In this document: piece by piece, positions 47,631 to 55,763 of the stretch
How positions within the stretch are numbered: the first letter of the stretch is position 1
How the letters are laid out: each line of letters begins with the position of its first letter
The notes under the pieces: generated by a model
What the model saw: only the letters and a program-made list of their open reading frames with translations
Database searches by the model: none
Told to the model about the DNA's origin: nothing
Program-made: the position numbers and the translations under genes
Source: an uncultured delta proteobacterium
GTDB taxonomy: Bacteria; Myxococcota_A; Polyangia; Haliangiales; Haliangiaceae
Reading direction: 5' to 3'
NCBI GenBank assembly: GCA_963848295.1
Contig: CAWKDB010000011.1
Coordinates: forward strand, 96,001-160,000
DNA length: 64,000 nucleotides

Positions 47631-47942
47631 ATGTCGTCTTCGATCTTGGTCGTCAATGAAATCAGCAGCGAGCGCGAAGAGATCGCGCGTGCTCTCGAGG
47701 CCGAAGGGTTCTCGGTCGTGCAGGCCGCGTCCGCCGGGGAAGCCGTCCGCGAGATCTGGGGCGGTTCGTTTATCGTCGCGGTCGTCTCGACGCTCCTGAC
47801 CGGCACGACGAGCACCGCGCTCGTCAAACAGCTGGGGCAGATGGCGCCCGAGATCGAGCCGCTCGTCCACGGCAAGAACGACGAGATCCCCGCGCTCGTC
47901 AAGAAAGCCGTCCGGATCCGCGACGGCGAAGCCGCGGCGTAG
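47631..47942 (+). CDS. Atypical stand-alone receiver-like protein
   Basis: ILVVNE...IARALEAEGFSVVQAASAGEA receiver fold; Ser at the phospho-Asp position (VAVVSTLL). Confidence 0.7.
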   Translation: MSSSILVVNEISSEREEIARALEAEGFSVVQAASAGEAVREIWGGSFIVAVVSTLLTGTTSTALVKQLGQMAPEIEPLVHGKNDEIPALVKKAVRIRDGEAAA

Positions 47943-48079
47943 TTGTCAGCTCCCGCAACTCGCGGCGCCACTGCGGAAACGTCGCTGTAACGCGAGCTCA
48001 ACGACCTGGCGTCGTCGTGTGACTCTGATCGATGGCACGACCGGTGCTTTTGGTCGGGCCATGCCGCCCACGACTCGGG

Positions 48080-48165
48080 CCGGCCGAGCTCGAGACGATC
48101 GTCCGCACCGCGCTCGCGAAAGCCCCCGACCGCCGTACGACTCGCCGGCTTTGTTCGTCGACCCA
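48080..48165 (+). pseudogene. Remnant of a Ser/Thr kinase C-lobe (subdomain XI)
   Basis: Reads PAELETIVRTALAKAPDR then, after a frameshift, YDSPALFVD; resembles the kinase motif L..I...AL.K.P..RY. No intact ORF. Confidence 0.45.
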
Positions 48166-48278
48166 CTCGTCGGCTTCTTGGTCGGTGAACTGATCGACGG
48201 TTGAATGAGGTTGCAGGTCGTCTTGGCGTCGTCCGTTCGCACCGCCGACGTTCCGCGGTCGCGCCACCGCGGGCGACC

Positions 48279-48385
48279 GCGCGAAGGCCTTGTTCCCGAG
48301 CGAGTCCGCAGCGCGCACCCACTCCCAAGCGCGCGCGGCTAAACCGCGCGAGGAGTTCGAGCGCGGGGAACAAGCGCCTTCGCGC
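48279..48385. repeat. 107-bp stem-loop element
   Basis: GCGCGAAGGCCTTGTTCCC ... GGGAACAAG(C)GCCTTCGCGC (19-bp stem, one bulge) enclosing CGCGCGG-CTAAA-CCGCGCG. Confidence 0.6.
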
Positions 48386-48468
48386 CAGCCCGCGGTCCCG
48401 CGACCACGCCACAGGAGTGCGAGGTGGGCGCCGGGCCAACTGCGAGCTCGCGAGATGGGGCCCGGTGG

Positions 48469-49152
48469 CTACGCGTTGAAGCGATCCTTCAGATTCAAGA
48501 ACTCGAGAAACTCGAGGAGCCGGCCGACCTCGGGGACGATGAAGCCGTCGACGTCGATGCCGGCGTCCTCGGCCATCAACACGAGTCGTGCGGTGCGCAG
48601 CCGATCGACGACCTCGATCACTTCATGGACCGGTAGCCCGACCCGGGTCGCGATGTCCTCGACGCGCTTGGGCACGAGGATCGCGGTGCTCGGGTTGTTG
48701 AGCGCCTGACCGGCGAGCGCGATCTGCTCGTCTGCCATGTGCCGCAGGCACTGGACGACCCGATGATTCGCGGTCGGCAGGAGCAGCAGCTCGATGTGCT
48801 GGTTCGCGCTCTCGAGCCGCGTCGCGAGCGCCTTGATGATGCGCAGCGCGATCTCCGGACGCGCGCGCAGCATCGCCTCGAACGTCTTGCCCTCGATCAC
48901 GAGCAGGCGCGAAGGTGAGCGCACGACCGCGGTCGCCGAGCGCGGTCGGCCGTTGAGGATCGCCATCTCGCCGAAGAACTCGCCGGCCGGGAGCACCGCG
49001 AGCACCCGATCGCTGTCTCCGACTCGGCGGCGAATCTCGACTTCGCCGGTCTGCACGACGTACATGTAATCGCCGGGCTGGCCCTCTTCGAACAACACGC
49101 TGCCCGCCGCGAAGTCGCGCGCGAAGCGATCGAGTCCGTCTGCCACCGTCAC
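48469..49152 (-). CDS. Cyclic nucleotide-binding (Crp/Fnr-like) protein
   Basis: LFEEGQPGDYMYVVQTGEV, GEFFGEMAILNGRPRSATA; HTH-like C-terminus. Confidence 0.9.
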   Translation of the reverse strand: MTVADGLDRFARDFAAGSVLFEEGQPGDYMYVVQTGEVEIRRRVGDSDRVLAVLPAGEFFGEMAILNGRPRSATAVVRSPSRLLVIEGKTFEAMLRARPEIALRIIKALATRLESANQHIELLLLPTANHRVVQCLRHMADEQIALAGQALNNPSTAILVPKRVEDIATRVGLPVHEVIEVVDRLRTARLVLMAEDAGIDVDGFIVPEVGRLLEFLEFLNLKDRFNA

Positions 49153-49172
49153 CGGATCATCATCCCACGATC

Positions 49173-49811
49173 TCAGCGCATCGTGGCGTGGCGCAGGATA
49201 TGGAACAGCGCGCGCGAGCCGAGCTTGTCACTGCGGTGGTCGTCGGCCGACACCGGAACCTCGTCGGTCGACAGCCCGAGCTTGAGGGCGCGGACCAACA
49301 TCTCGACGTCCCAGCCGGCCCCGCGATCGCTCATCCCGAGAGCGATCAGCGCGGGGAACTTGAGCGCGCGGACCGGGCCGACGCTCGACCAGCGATGGCG
49401 ATACACGGCATCGATGAGGCCGGTGACGAGCTTCACCGAAGCGCGCTGGCGGCCTGCGGAGACACCGAGCACGAGCTCGACGCCGCGTTCGAGGATCGGC
49501 GCGACGAGCGCATCGAGTGCGGCGGCCGCCGCGGGTCGATCGCCCGGGATGAACACGACGACATCGGGGACGCGAGGGAGCGACGAGAAATGGCTCTGCG
49601 CGCGCAGGCAGGCCGCGCCGTAGCCCCCGGAGGCTTCGCGCAGGACGAGCGCACCCGCATCGCGCGCCAGCTCGGCGCTGCGATCGCGCGAGTTACGATC
49701 GACGACGACCACGGAGCGGATCGAACGATGCGGCAACGCGCGCAACAGCGCCGTCAGGGTCGCCGCGTTGTCGCGCGCCGGCACGACGACGTCGATGACC
49801 ACTGACGACAT
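49173..49811 (-). CDS. Glycosyltransferase family 2-like protein
   Basis: VVVPARD, VVVVDRNSRD, GYGAAC, GWDVEM; DxD replaced by PGD. Confidence 0.8.
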   Translation of the reverse strand: MSSVVIDVVVPARDNAATLTALLRALPHRSIRSVVVVDRNSRDRSAELARDAGALVLREASGGYGAACLRAQSHFSSLPRVPDVVVFIPGDRPAAAAALDALVAPILERGVELVLGVSAGRQRASVKLVTGLIDAVYRHRWSSVGPVRALKFPALIALGMSDRGAGWDVEMLVRALKLGLSTDEVPVSADDHRSDKLGSRALFHILRHATMR

Positions 49812-49910
49812 CTCGGGCCATGATAGCAGGCCCGAGCCGAGCTTATCGAATCCCTATAGCGAGGGCCCCCCTTTAGGGGCACCGGGCGACCGTGGTACAC
49901 GCAACCTGCG

Positions 49911-50939
49911 ATGGCGCTCACCTACAAAGACGCCGGGGTCGACATCGATGCCGGCGAGGCGCTGGTCGATCGCATCGCCCCGCTCGCGAAGGCGACCACG
50001 CGGCCCGAGGTGCTCGGCGGCATCGGCGGGTTCGCCGCGCTGTGCCGGATCCCGACCGGCTATGTCGAGCCGATCCTGGTCAGCGGCACCGACGGGGTCG
50101 GCACGAAGCTCAAGACCGCGCTCGCGTCGGGCCGCCACGGCACGATCGGCATCGACCTCGTCGCGATGTGCGTCAACGACGTGCTCGTCACCGGCGCCGA
50201 GCCGCTGTTCTTTCTCGACTACTTCGCGACCGGTGCGCTCGACGTCGACGTCGCGGCCTCGGTGATCGCGGGGATCGCCGACGGCTGCAAGCAAGCGGGC
50301 TGCGCGCTCGTCGGCGGCGAGACCGCCGAGCTGCCGGGCCTGTATCACGGTCGCGACTACGACCTCGCCGGGTTCTGCGTCGGCGTGGTCGAGCGCGCCG
50401 AGATCCGCCCGCGCGCGCGCGACCTCGCGGCCGGAGATGTCGTGATCGGCTTGCCGTCGGCGGGCTTGCACTCGAATGGCCATTCGCTCGCGCGCAAGGT
50501 CGTGCTCGACGTGTTGCAGCTGCCGCTCGATGCGAAGCCGGAGTTGCTCGAAGGTGCGAGCGTCGCCGACGAGCTGCTGCGCCCGACGCTCATCTACGCC
50601 GATGCGTTTCGCGCGCTGCGCGGCCAGCCGTGGAAGGCCGCCGCGCACATCACCGGCGGCGGGCTGATCGAGAATCCGCCGCGGATCTTCGGCGACGATG
50701 CGCTCGCGGTCGAGCTCGATCACGCGACGTGGGATCGACCGGCGATCATGAAGCTGATCGCGACCGCCGGCGTTAGCGACGACGAGATGCTGCGCACGTT
50801 CAACTGCGGCTTGGGCATGATCGTCGTCGTGGCGCCGGAGTACGCCGAGCGCACCGTTTCGCTGCTCGCGCCAGCGCGCGCCCGGGTCGTCGGCAGGCTC
50901 GTCGCACGCGGCAGCGGGTCGGCGTCGCGGCTGGTGTGA
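49911..50939 (+). CDS. purM: Phosphoribosylformylglycinamidine cyclo-ligase
   Basis: [50 protein letters not shown]. Confidence 0.97.
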   Translation: MALTYKDAGVDIDAGEALVDRIAPLAKATTRPEVLGGIGGFAALCRIPTGYVEPILVSGTDGVGTKLKTALASGRHGTIGIDLVAMCVNDVLVTGAEPLFFLDYFATGALDVDVAASVIAGIADGCKQAGCALVGGETAELPGLYHGRDYDLAGFCVGVVERAEIRPRARDLAAGDVVIGLPSAGLHSNGHSLARKVVLDVLQLPLDAKPELLEGASVADELLRPTLIYADAFRALRGQPWKAAAHITGGGLIENPPRIFGDDALAVELDHATWDRPAIMKLIATAGVSDDEMLRTFNCGLGMIVVVAPEYAERTVSLLAPARARVVGRLVARGSGSASRLV

Positions 50940-51547
50940 TGCGGATCGGCGTCTTGGTCTCTGGCAACGGGACGAACTTGCAGGCCCTGCTCGATGCCGA
51001 GGCCCGCGGCGCGCTCGCCCCCGCGACGATCGCGATCGTGATCTCGAATCGGCCGAACGCGCCCGCGCTCGACCGAGCGACGCTCGCCGGCGTGCCGACC
51101 GAGACGGTCGATCACGCGGGGTTCGCGGATCGCAGCGGGTTCGAGACGAAGCTGCTCGAGGTGCTCGCCGGCCACCGCGTCGAGGCGGTCGTGCTCGCCG
51201 GGTTCATGCGCAAGCTGACCGCGACGTTCGTCGCTGCGTTTCCGCTCCGGATCGTCAACACACATCCGTCGTTACTGCCCGCGTTCCCCGGCCTCGACGC
51301 GCCGGGCCAGGCGATCGCGCACGGCGCGAAGGTCAGCGGCGTGACCGTGCACTTCGTCGACGCGACCCTCGACGGCGGCCCGATCATCGCGCAGGCCGCG
51401 GTGCCGATCCTCGAAAGCGATGACGCCGCGGCGTTGCACGCGCGGATCCAGCGCGAAGAGCATCGCCTCCTGCCCGAGGTCGTGCGTGCACTCGCGTCGC
51501 ACGCACTCACCGTCCGCGGCCGAACCGTGGTTAATTCGGGTTCCTAG
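50939..51547 (+). CDS. purN: Phosphoribosylglycinamide formyltransferase
   Basis: SGNGTNLQA, LAGFMR, NTHPSLLPAFPG, GVTVHFVD..LDGGPII, EH. Confidence 0.96.
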   Translation: MRIGVLVSGNGTNLQALLDAEARGALAPATIAIVISNRPNAPALDRATLAGVPTETVDHAGFADRSGFETKLLEVLAGHRVEAVVLAGFMRKLTATFVAAFPLRIVNTHPSLLPAFPGLDAPGQAIAHGAKVSGVTVHFVDATLDGGPIIAQAAVPILESDDAAALHARIQREEHRLLPEVVRALASHALTVRGRTVVNSGS

Positions 51548-53055
51548 TGCCGACGAACTCGTATGACCTGGTCGTGATCGGCGACGACCTGGCCGCGCTG
51601 GTGTGCGCGACCCTGTGCGTGCGCCGCGGCATGCGGACGCTCGTCCTCGGTGACGATCGGCCGGCGCGCTACACGCTCGGCCCGCACAAGCTGCCGATCG
51701 AGCCATCGCTGTGGCCGGTGTTGCCCGGATCGCCGGGCGAGCGCGTGCTCAAGGAGCTCCACGCCGAGCTCGCGTTGCGCCGCAAGCTGCGCGAGCCGCG
51801 GATCGCGGCACAGCTCGTCACGCCGGATCTGCGCATCGACCTCGGCGGCGATCGCCTCGCGCCCGAGCTCATGCGCGAGCTCGGCGACGCGGCTGGCGAA
51901 GCGATGCTCGCGCAGTGGACGAAGGCCGGCGACGTCGCGCGGCTCGTCGATCCGCTGTTGTCGAGCGAGCACGCGTTTCCTGGCGTCGGGTTCTTCGAGC
52001 GGCGAGAAGTCGCGCGGCTGTCCGAGCTCGCGGCCGACGCTGCGAACGCGTGGTGGACCGAGCTCCAGGCCGATCCGCGCGGTCCGATCTGGCGGCATCT
52101 CGCCGCGATCGCGCTGCGCCATCCTTCGGCCCCACCGGCGGCGGCCGCCCGTGCGATCGATGCGTGGCGGTCCGGGCCACCTGCCCTGCGCGGCGACGGC
52201 GATGCGGTGCGCGAGCTGTTCGTCGAGAAGCTGACGACCGCGGGGGGCGAGCTGCGCGCCGGCAAGGTCACCGAGATCGCGATGTCGTGGGGCAAGGTCT
52301 CGGGCCTGACGCTCGCGAGCGGCGACGACATCGGCGCGAACCAGATCGTCTCGAGCCGACCGCCGGCCGAGCTCGCCGAGCTGCTCGGCAAGAAGGCGCC
52401 GAAGCGGCTAGCGGAGCTCGCGGACAGCATCGCGCTCGTCGGCTATCGCTACACGCTCAACGTCGTGCTCGATGAAGCCGGGATCCCGGAGCACATGGCG
52501 CCGACCGTCGCGGTGATCGCGCAGCCGGACAAGGATGCGATCGGCGACGCGTCGTTCTCGATCCACTTGTCGGAGACCGACGACGCCGGCCGCGTGGTCG
52601 CGACGATCGCGGCGGTACTCGCGGTCGACGGACCGGTCGAGCCCGATCGGCTCGCGCCGAAGTGCATGGCGTTGCGCGCCGGCCTGTGGAAGAGGTTCGG
52701 CGAGGTGATGCCGTTCTTCGAGCGTCATCTCGTGCTCGCGCACTCGCCGTTCGAGGCGACGCCGCCGCAAGTCCCAGGCGGCCGCGGTAGCTACGATGTT
52801 CCGCGCAACTTGCCGCTGGCGATGGCGCCGGTGTGGAAAGGCCAGCTCACGACGCCGGCCGATCAGATCGCCGGCGCCGCGATGGCGTACCAGGCCGGGC
52901 TCAAGAACTTGACGCTCACCGGGGACCAAATTCTGCCGGCGCTCGGCATCGAGGGCGCCCTCGCCTCGGGCTGGAGCGCGGCGAAGGTCGCGTGCGCGAT
53001 CGCGGGCAAGAAGAAGGATTACCTGCGCGACGAGCTGGTCGGGGCGGCGGGCTGA
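51547..53055 (+). CDS. Phytoene-desaturase-like FAD/NAD(P)-binding fold protein (degenerate Rossmann motif)
   Basis: YDLVVIGDDLAAL at the N-terminus; NLTLTGDQILPALGIEGALASG at the C-terminus. Confidence 0.7.
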   Translation: MPTNSYDLVVIGDDLAALVCATLCVRRGMRTLVLGDDRPARYTLGPHKLPIEPSLWPVLPGSPGERVLKELHAELALRRKLREPRIAAQLVTPDLRIDLGGDRLAPELMRELGDAAGEAMLAQWTKAGDVARLVDPLLSSEHAFPGVGFFERREVARLSELAADAANAWWTELQADPRGPIWRHLAAIALRHPSAPPAAAARAIDAWRSGPPALRGDGDAVRELFVEKLTTAGGELRAGKVTEIAMSWGKVSGLTLASGDDIGANQIVSSRPPAELAELLGKKAPKRLAELADSIALVGYRYTLNVVLDEAGIPEHMAPTVAVIAQPDKDAIGDASFSIHLSETDDAGRVVATIAAVLAVDGPVEPDRLAPKCMALRAGLWKRFGEVMPFFERHLVLAHSPFEATPPQVPGGRGSYDVPRNLPLAMAPVWKGQLTTPADQIAGAAMAYQAGLKNLTLTGDQILPALGIEGALASGWSAAKVACAIAGKKKDYLRDELVGAAG

Positions 53056-53058
53056 TCG

Positions 53059-53730
53059 ATGGGGTACGCTCGTTCGCGCTTCTCGACCCAGATGACCGCC
53101 GTCATTGCGGTGGCCGCTGCGGTTGTCGCCGTGGTGCTCGTGATCTTCGGCGCGTTGTTCTCCGGCTGCGACGTCCGGTATCGCTCGCAGAAGGCCGCGT
53201 GTCGCGGTGGTGATGTCGAGCAGTGCCTCGCCGTCGCCAAGATCTACGACGACAAGGGCGATGCGCTGCTCGCCGATGTCCTTCACTACGGCGACGCCAC
53301 GCGGGAGTACTACAAGCGTGCCTGCGATCTCGGCTCACCCGTCGGTTGCGCGGGTTTCGCCAAGCACTCGTACGACGACTCCGAAGCCGGCGCGCGGATC
53401 CACGCCCACACGACGGCGTGCGCCGGCGGGATCGCCGCGTCGTGCGTCGAGCTCGGGGACGCGTACGCGACCGGGCAGGACGTTCCGCGCGACGACGCGC
53501 GCGCGCTGACGCTCTACCTGTCGGGCTGCACCGCAAAGGACGGCAAAGCGTGCGAGGACGCGGCGATCATGCGCGCGATGGGGCGAGGCGCCGCGCACGA
53601 CGACGGGGTGGCACTCGACCTCGACAAGCAAGGCTGCGCGGCCGGCGACAAGAACGCGTGCGTCGAAGTCGAATGGTACGCCGCCCATCACGAGTTTCGC
53701 TGGCAGTCGGAGCGCAAGCAGCCGCACTGA
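53059..53730 (+). CDS. Sel1-like repeat protein
   Basis: N-terminal TM; SCVELGDAYATGQDVPRDDARAL..Y..GC repeats. Confidence 0.85.
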   Translation: MGYARSRFSTQMTAVIAVAAAVVAVVLVIFGALFSGCDVRYRSQKAACRGGDVEQCLAVAKIYDDKGDALLADVLHYGDATREYYKRACDLGSPVGCAGFAKHSYDDSEAGARIHAHTTACAGGIAASCVELGDAYATGQDVPRDDARALTLYLSGCTAKDGKACEDAAIMRAMGRGAAHDDGVALDLDKQGCAAGDKNACVEVEWYAAHHEFRWQSERKQPH

Positions 53731-53851
53731 CCTCGCCGTTCAGCCCGACGAGCGAACGCGCGCGGCCGATCGAACAACAGGCCCACCGATCCTGAGCGAC
53801 CTACGAAGCGCGATCGCAGGCGGGAAGTACGACTAACTGATCAGCCGCGGG

Positions 53852-54763
53852 TTACGACGACGGTCGCGTACCCTTGGTGATGCCGTTGAGCTCGCAGAAC
53901 GCCTTGTAGTAACCGTACGAGGCGAACCGCAGCGTGGTGTTATCGTACGCGAGCGCGTCGCCGAGAACGTCTGTCTGCCTGTGGTTTGCGCAGACCGGCG
54001 TCTCGAGGCCGCGCAGCCCGTCGCGGAGCTTCTCGGACGCCGACTTCTCGAGCGGGCTCGGGTTGCGGGACGATCTCCACATAAGCGCGTTTAGGACGGC
54101 GCCATCGCCGGCGTTACCTCGGTCGCAGTTGCCGATCTTTCGGCGCAGCGGCGCGTCGGTTGCGCAGCAGACCGCGCACATTGCGGGGAACTGACACTCC
54201 AGCGTGTGGTCGGCATCGTCACCGCGCTTGACGAGGGGCAAGTACTGGTCCGACGTCACGTGGTAGTGCGTGAAGCAGGTGTCGCTTGCGTCGAGCGATT
54301 GCTCCCTGACCTCGAGTGTATCGATGTGGATCCGGAGGTACGCGATGCAAGCGCCGCATTCCGTCGGGTCCCCCTCGTCCTCGGCCTTCTGCAGCGCCCG
54401 CCGTCTCGCCTTCTTCGAGAGCTTCGCCAGCTCCTTCGTCGGCGCCGGTTGCTCCGAGAAGCTGCGCGCGCGCTCGATCCCGCACACGGGGCAGGCGCTC
54501 GCGATCACCGGGGTGCGCCGTGCCGTGGCGAACAGCCAGACGCCGAACGCGGCGATCGCCAGCCCGGCGATCGAGAGCAGACCGCCGCAGAGCGTACCGC
54601 CGAAGTTGTCGCCGAACGGATCCTCGACGTGACATAGCCCGATGAACCAGTGGATCGCGAGCACCGCACAGAGCGGTGACACGACGAAGATGATGATCAT
54701 CTCCTTCTGCGGAATGCCCTTCCAGTAACTGAGCCGCTTGCCGACGACGACATTCTGCGTCAT
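53852..54763 (-). CDS. Hypothetical two-TM protein with several CxxC motifs
   Basis: Two hydrophobic helices; CPVC, CGAC, CAVC, CANH. The ATG is formed at the intron 3' end. Confidence 0.75.
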   Translation of the reverse strand: MTQNVVVGKRLSYWKGIPQKEMIIIFVVSPLCAVLAIHWFIGLCHVEDPFGDNFGGTLCGGLLSIAGLAIAAFGVWLFATARRTPVIASACPVCGIERARSFSEQPAPTKELAKLSKKARRRALQKAEDEGDPTECGACIAYLRIHIDTLEVREQSLDASDTCFTHYHVTSDQYLPLVKRGDDADHTLECQFPAMCAVCCATDAPLRRKIGNCDRGNAGDGAVLNALMWRSSRNPSPLEKSASEKLRDGLRGLETPVCANHRQTDVLGDALAYDNTTLRFASYGYYKAFCELNGITKGTRPSS

Positions 54764-55739
54764 TGGTAGATCTACTTTCCCTCGTTATGAGTTTCCGTAC
54801 GACCCCCGTAGAAACCGTGCTTGCGGATTTCCCGTACACGGCTTGCGGGGGGGCTTTCGAGCCAGCGGTCCTGGACAGTCTCCGGATATTCGACGGTGCC
54901 GCGCAGGCGATGGAGTCCGAGTCCGACGAAGTAGTCGCGATCCCATCTCTCGACGGCTGCGGGAGCGAGCTGCCGACTCACACGTTTGATGCGGAGTCCG
55001 CGCAGTCGCTCGTACACGTAGCTGTCGATCTGGTTGAAGCTGCGCGCGGCGTTGCCCGTGGCGAAGTAGGCTCCCCAGCCTCGCAGGATGGGGTTGAGGT
55101 CCTTGATGACCACACGGACATCCGCGTGACATCGTCCTCTTGGTGTCCGATCCTTCACCTTCTGTCGGATCCGCTTCATCGCGCGCTGCGACGGCTGGCG
55201 ATGCAGTGCCCTCTCTCGTGGCCCTTCCCTCCCGCGGCGTTGTTCGTCGCCGCGATCATCGGTACTACGACCCCGTCGGACTTCCGCTGCGCGATGTCGC
55301 CCTTGGCCTTCAGCCTGTTGACGTCACCTCGCCCTGACTCGGGCTGCGCAGACGGATCTCTCGTGTTCCGCGATGATCCTTGCACGCGTGCTGCTCCCCA
55401 TACCCCGCCGAGATCGTCATCGCCTTCCGGTGCTTGCGACGCCAATATTGCCTTCGCTGCGACATGACCAGCTCGGCTCTCGGACTGTTTCTCTGTCGAG
55501 GCTGCAGGCTTCACTTCACGTTGCGGCCCGCGTGCTTGCTTCGAGGTGATCAGCTCTTGCTGCCTCCCTCGCTTTCGATGCCCGGCTTCAGCCGTCGGGA
55601 TCTCTCCCTCTGCTGCGGGCCTGCTACTCGGCGCTCCAGCGCTTACCGAGACGGGACTTGCACCCGCTGGATCATCACAGCCTGACCCCGGGTTCGTCAG
55701 CCCTTCGGGCCGACGGTCTCCGTCGTCGTCACGACGTAC
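54762..55739 (-). mobile_element. Group II intron with RT domain deleted (non-autonomous)
   Basis: 5' GTACGTCGTGA (GUGYG-like); DI motif GGGTGCAAGTCCC; DIII-like GAAGTCCGACGGGGTCGTAGTACC...GGAGGGAAGGGCC; DV AAGCCGTGTACGGGAAATCCGCAAGCACGGTTT (54812-54844); 3' end CTACCAAT. Boundaries are +/-1 nt. Confidence 0.88.
54772..55206 (-). pseudogene. Group II intron maturase domain X remnant
   Basis: PSQRAMKRIRQKVK...LNPILRGWGAYF.TGNA...F..ID.YV; no YADD or RT motifs remain upstream. Confidence 0.88.
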
Positions 55740-55763
55740 CACGCAGGAGAGGTTACACCGAGG

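Noticed and set aside
53831..53858. Integron attC site (GACTAAC...GTTACGA)
   Set aside because: Too short, no L-box pairing, and no integrase or cassette array.
54772..55739. Retron, DGR or defence-associated reverse transcriptase
   Set aside because: No RT catalytic domain; domain X plus DV/DVI identify a group II intron remnant.
54763..55742. ORFs 54763-55467 (+) and 55176-55742 (-) as protein genes
   Set aside because: They overlie structured group II intron RNA domains and have no protein motifs.
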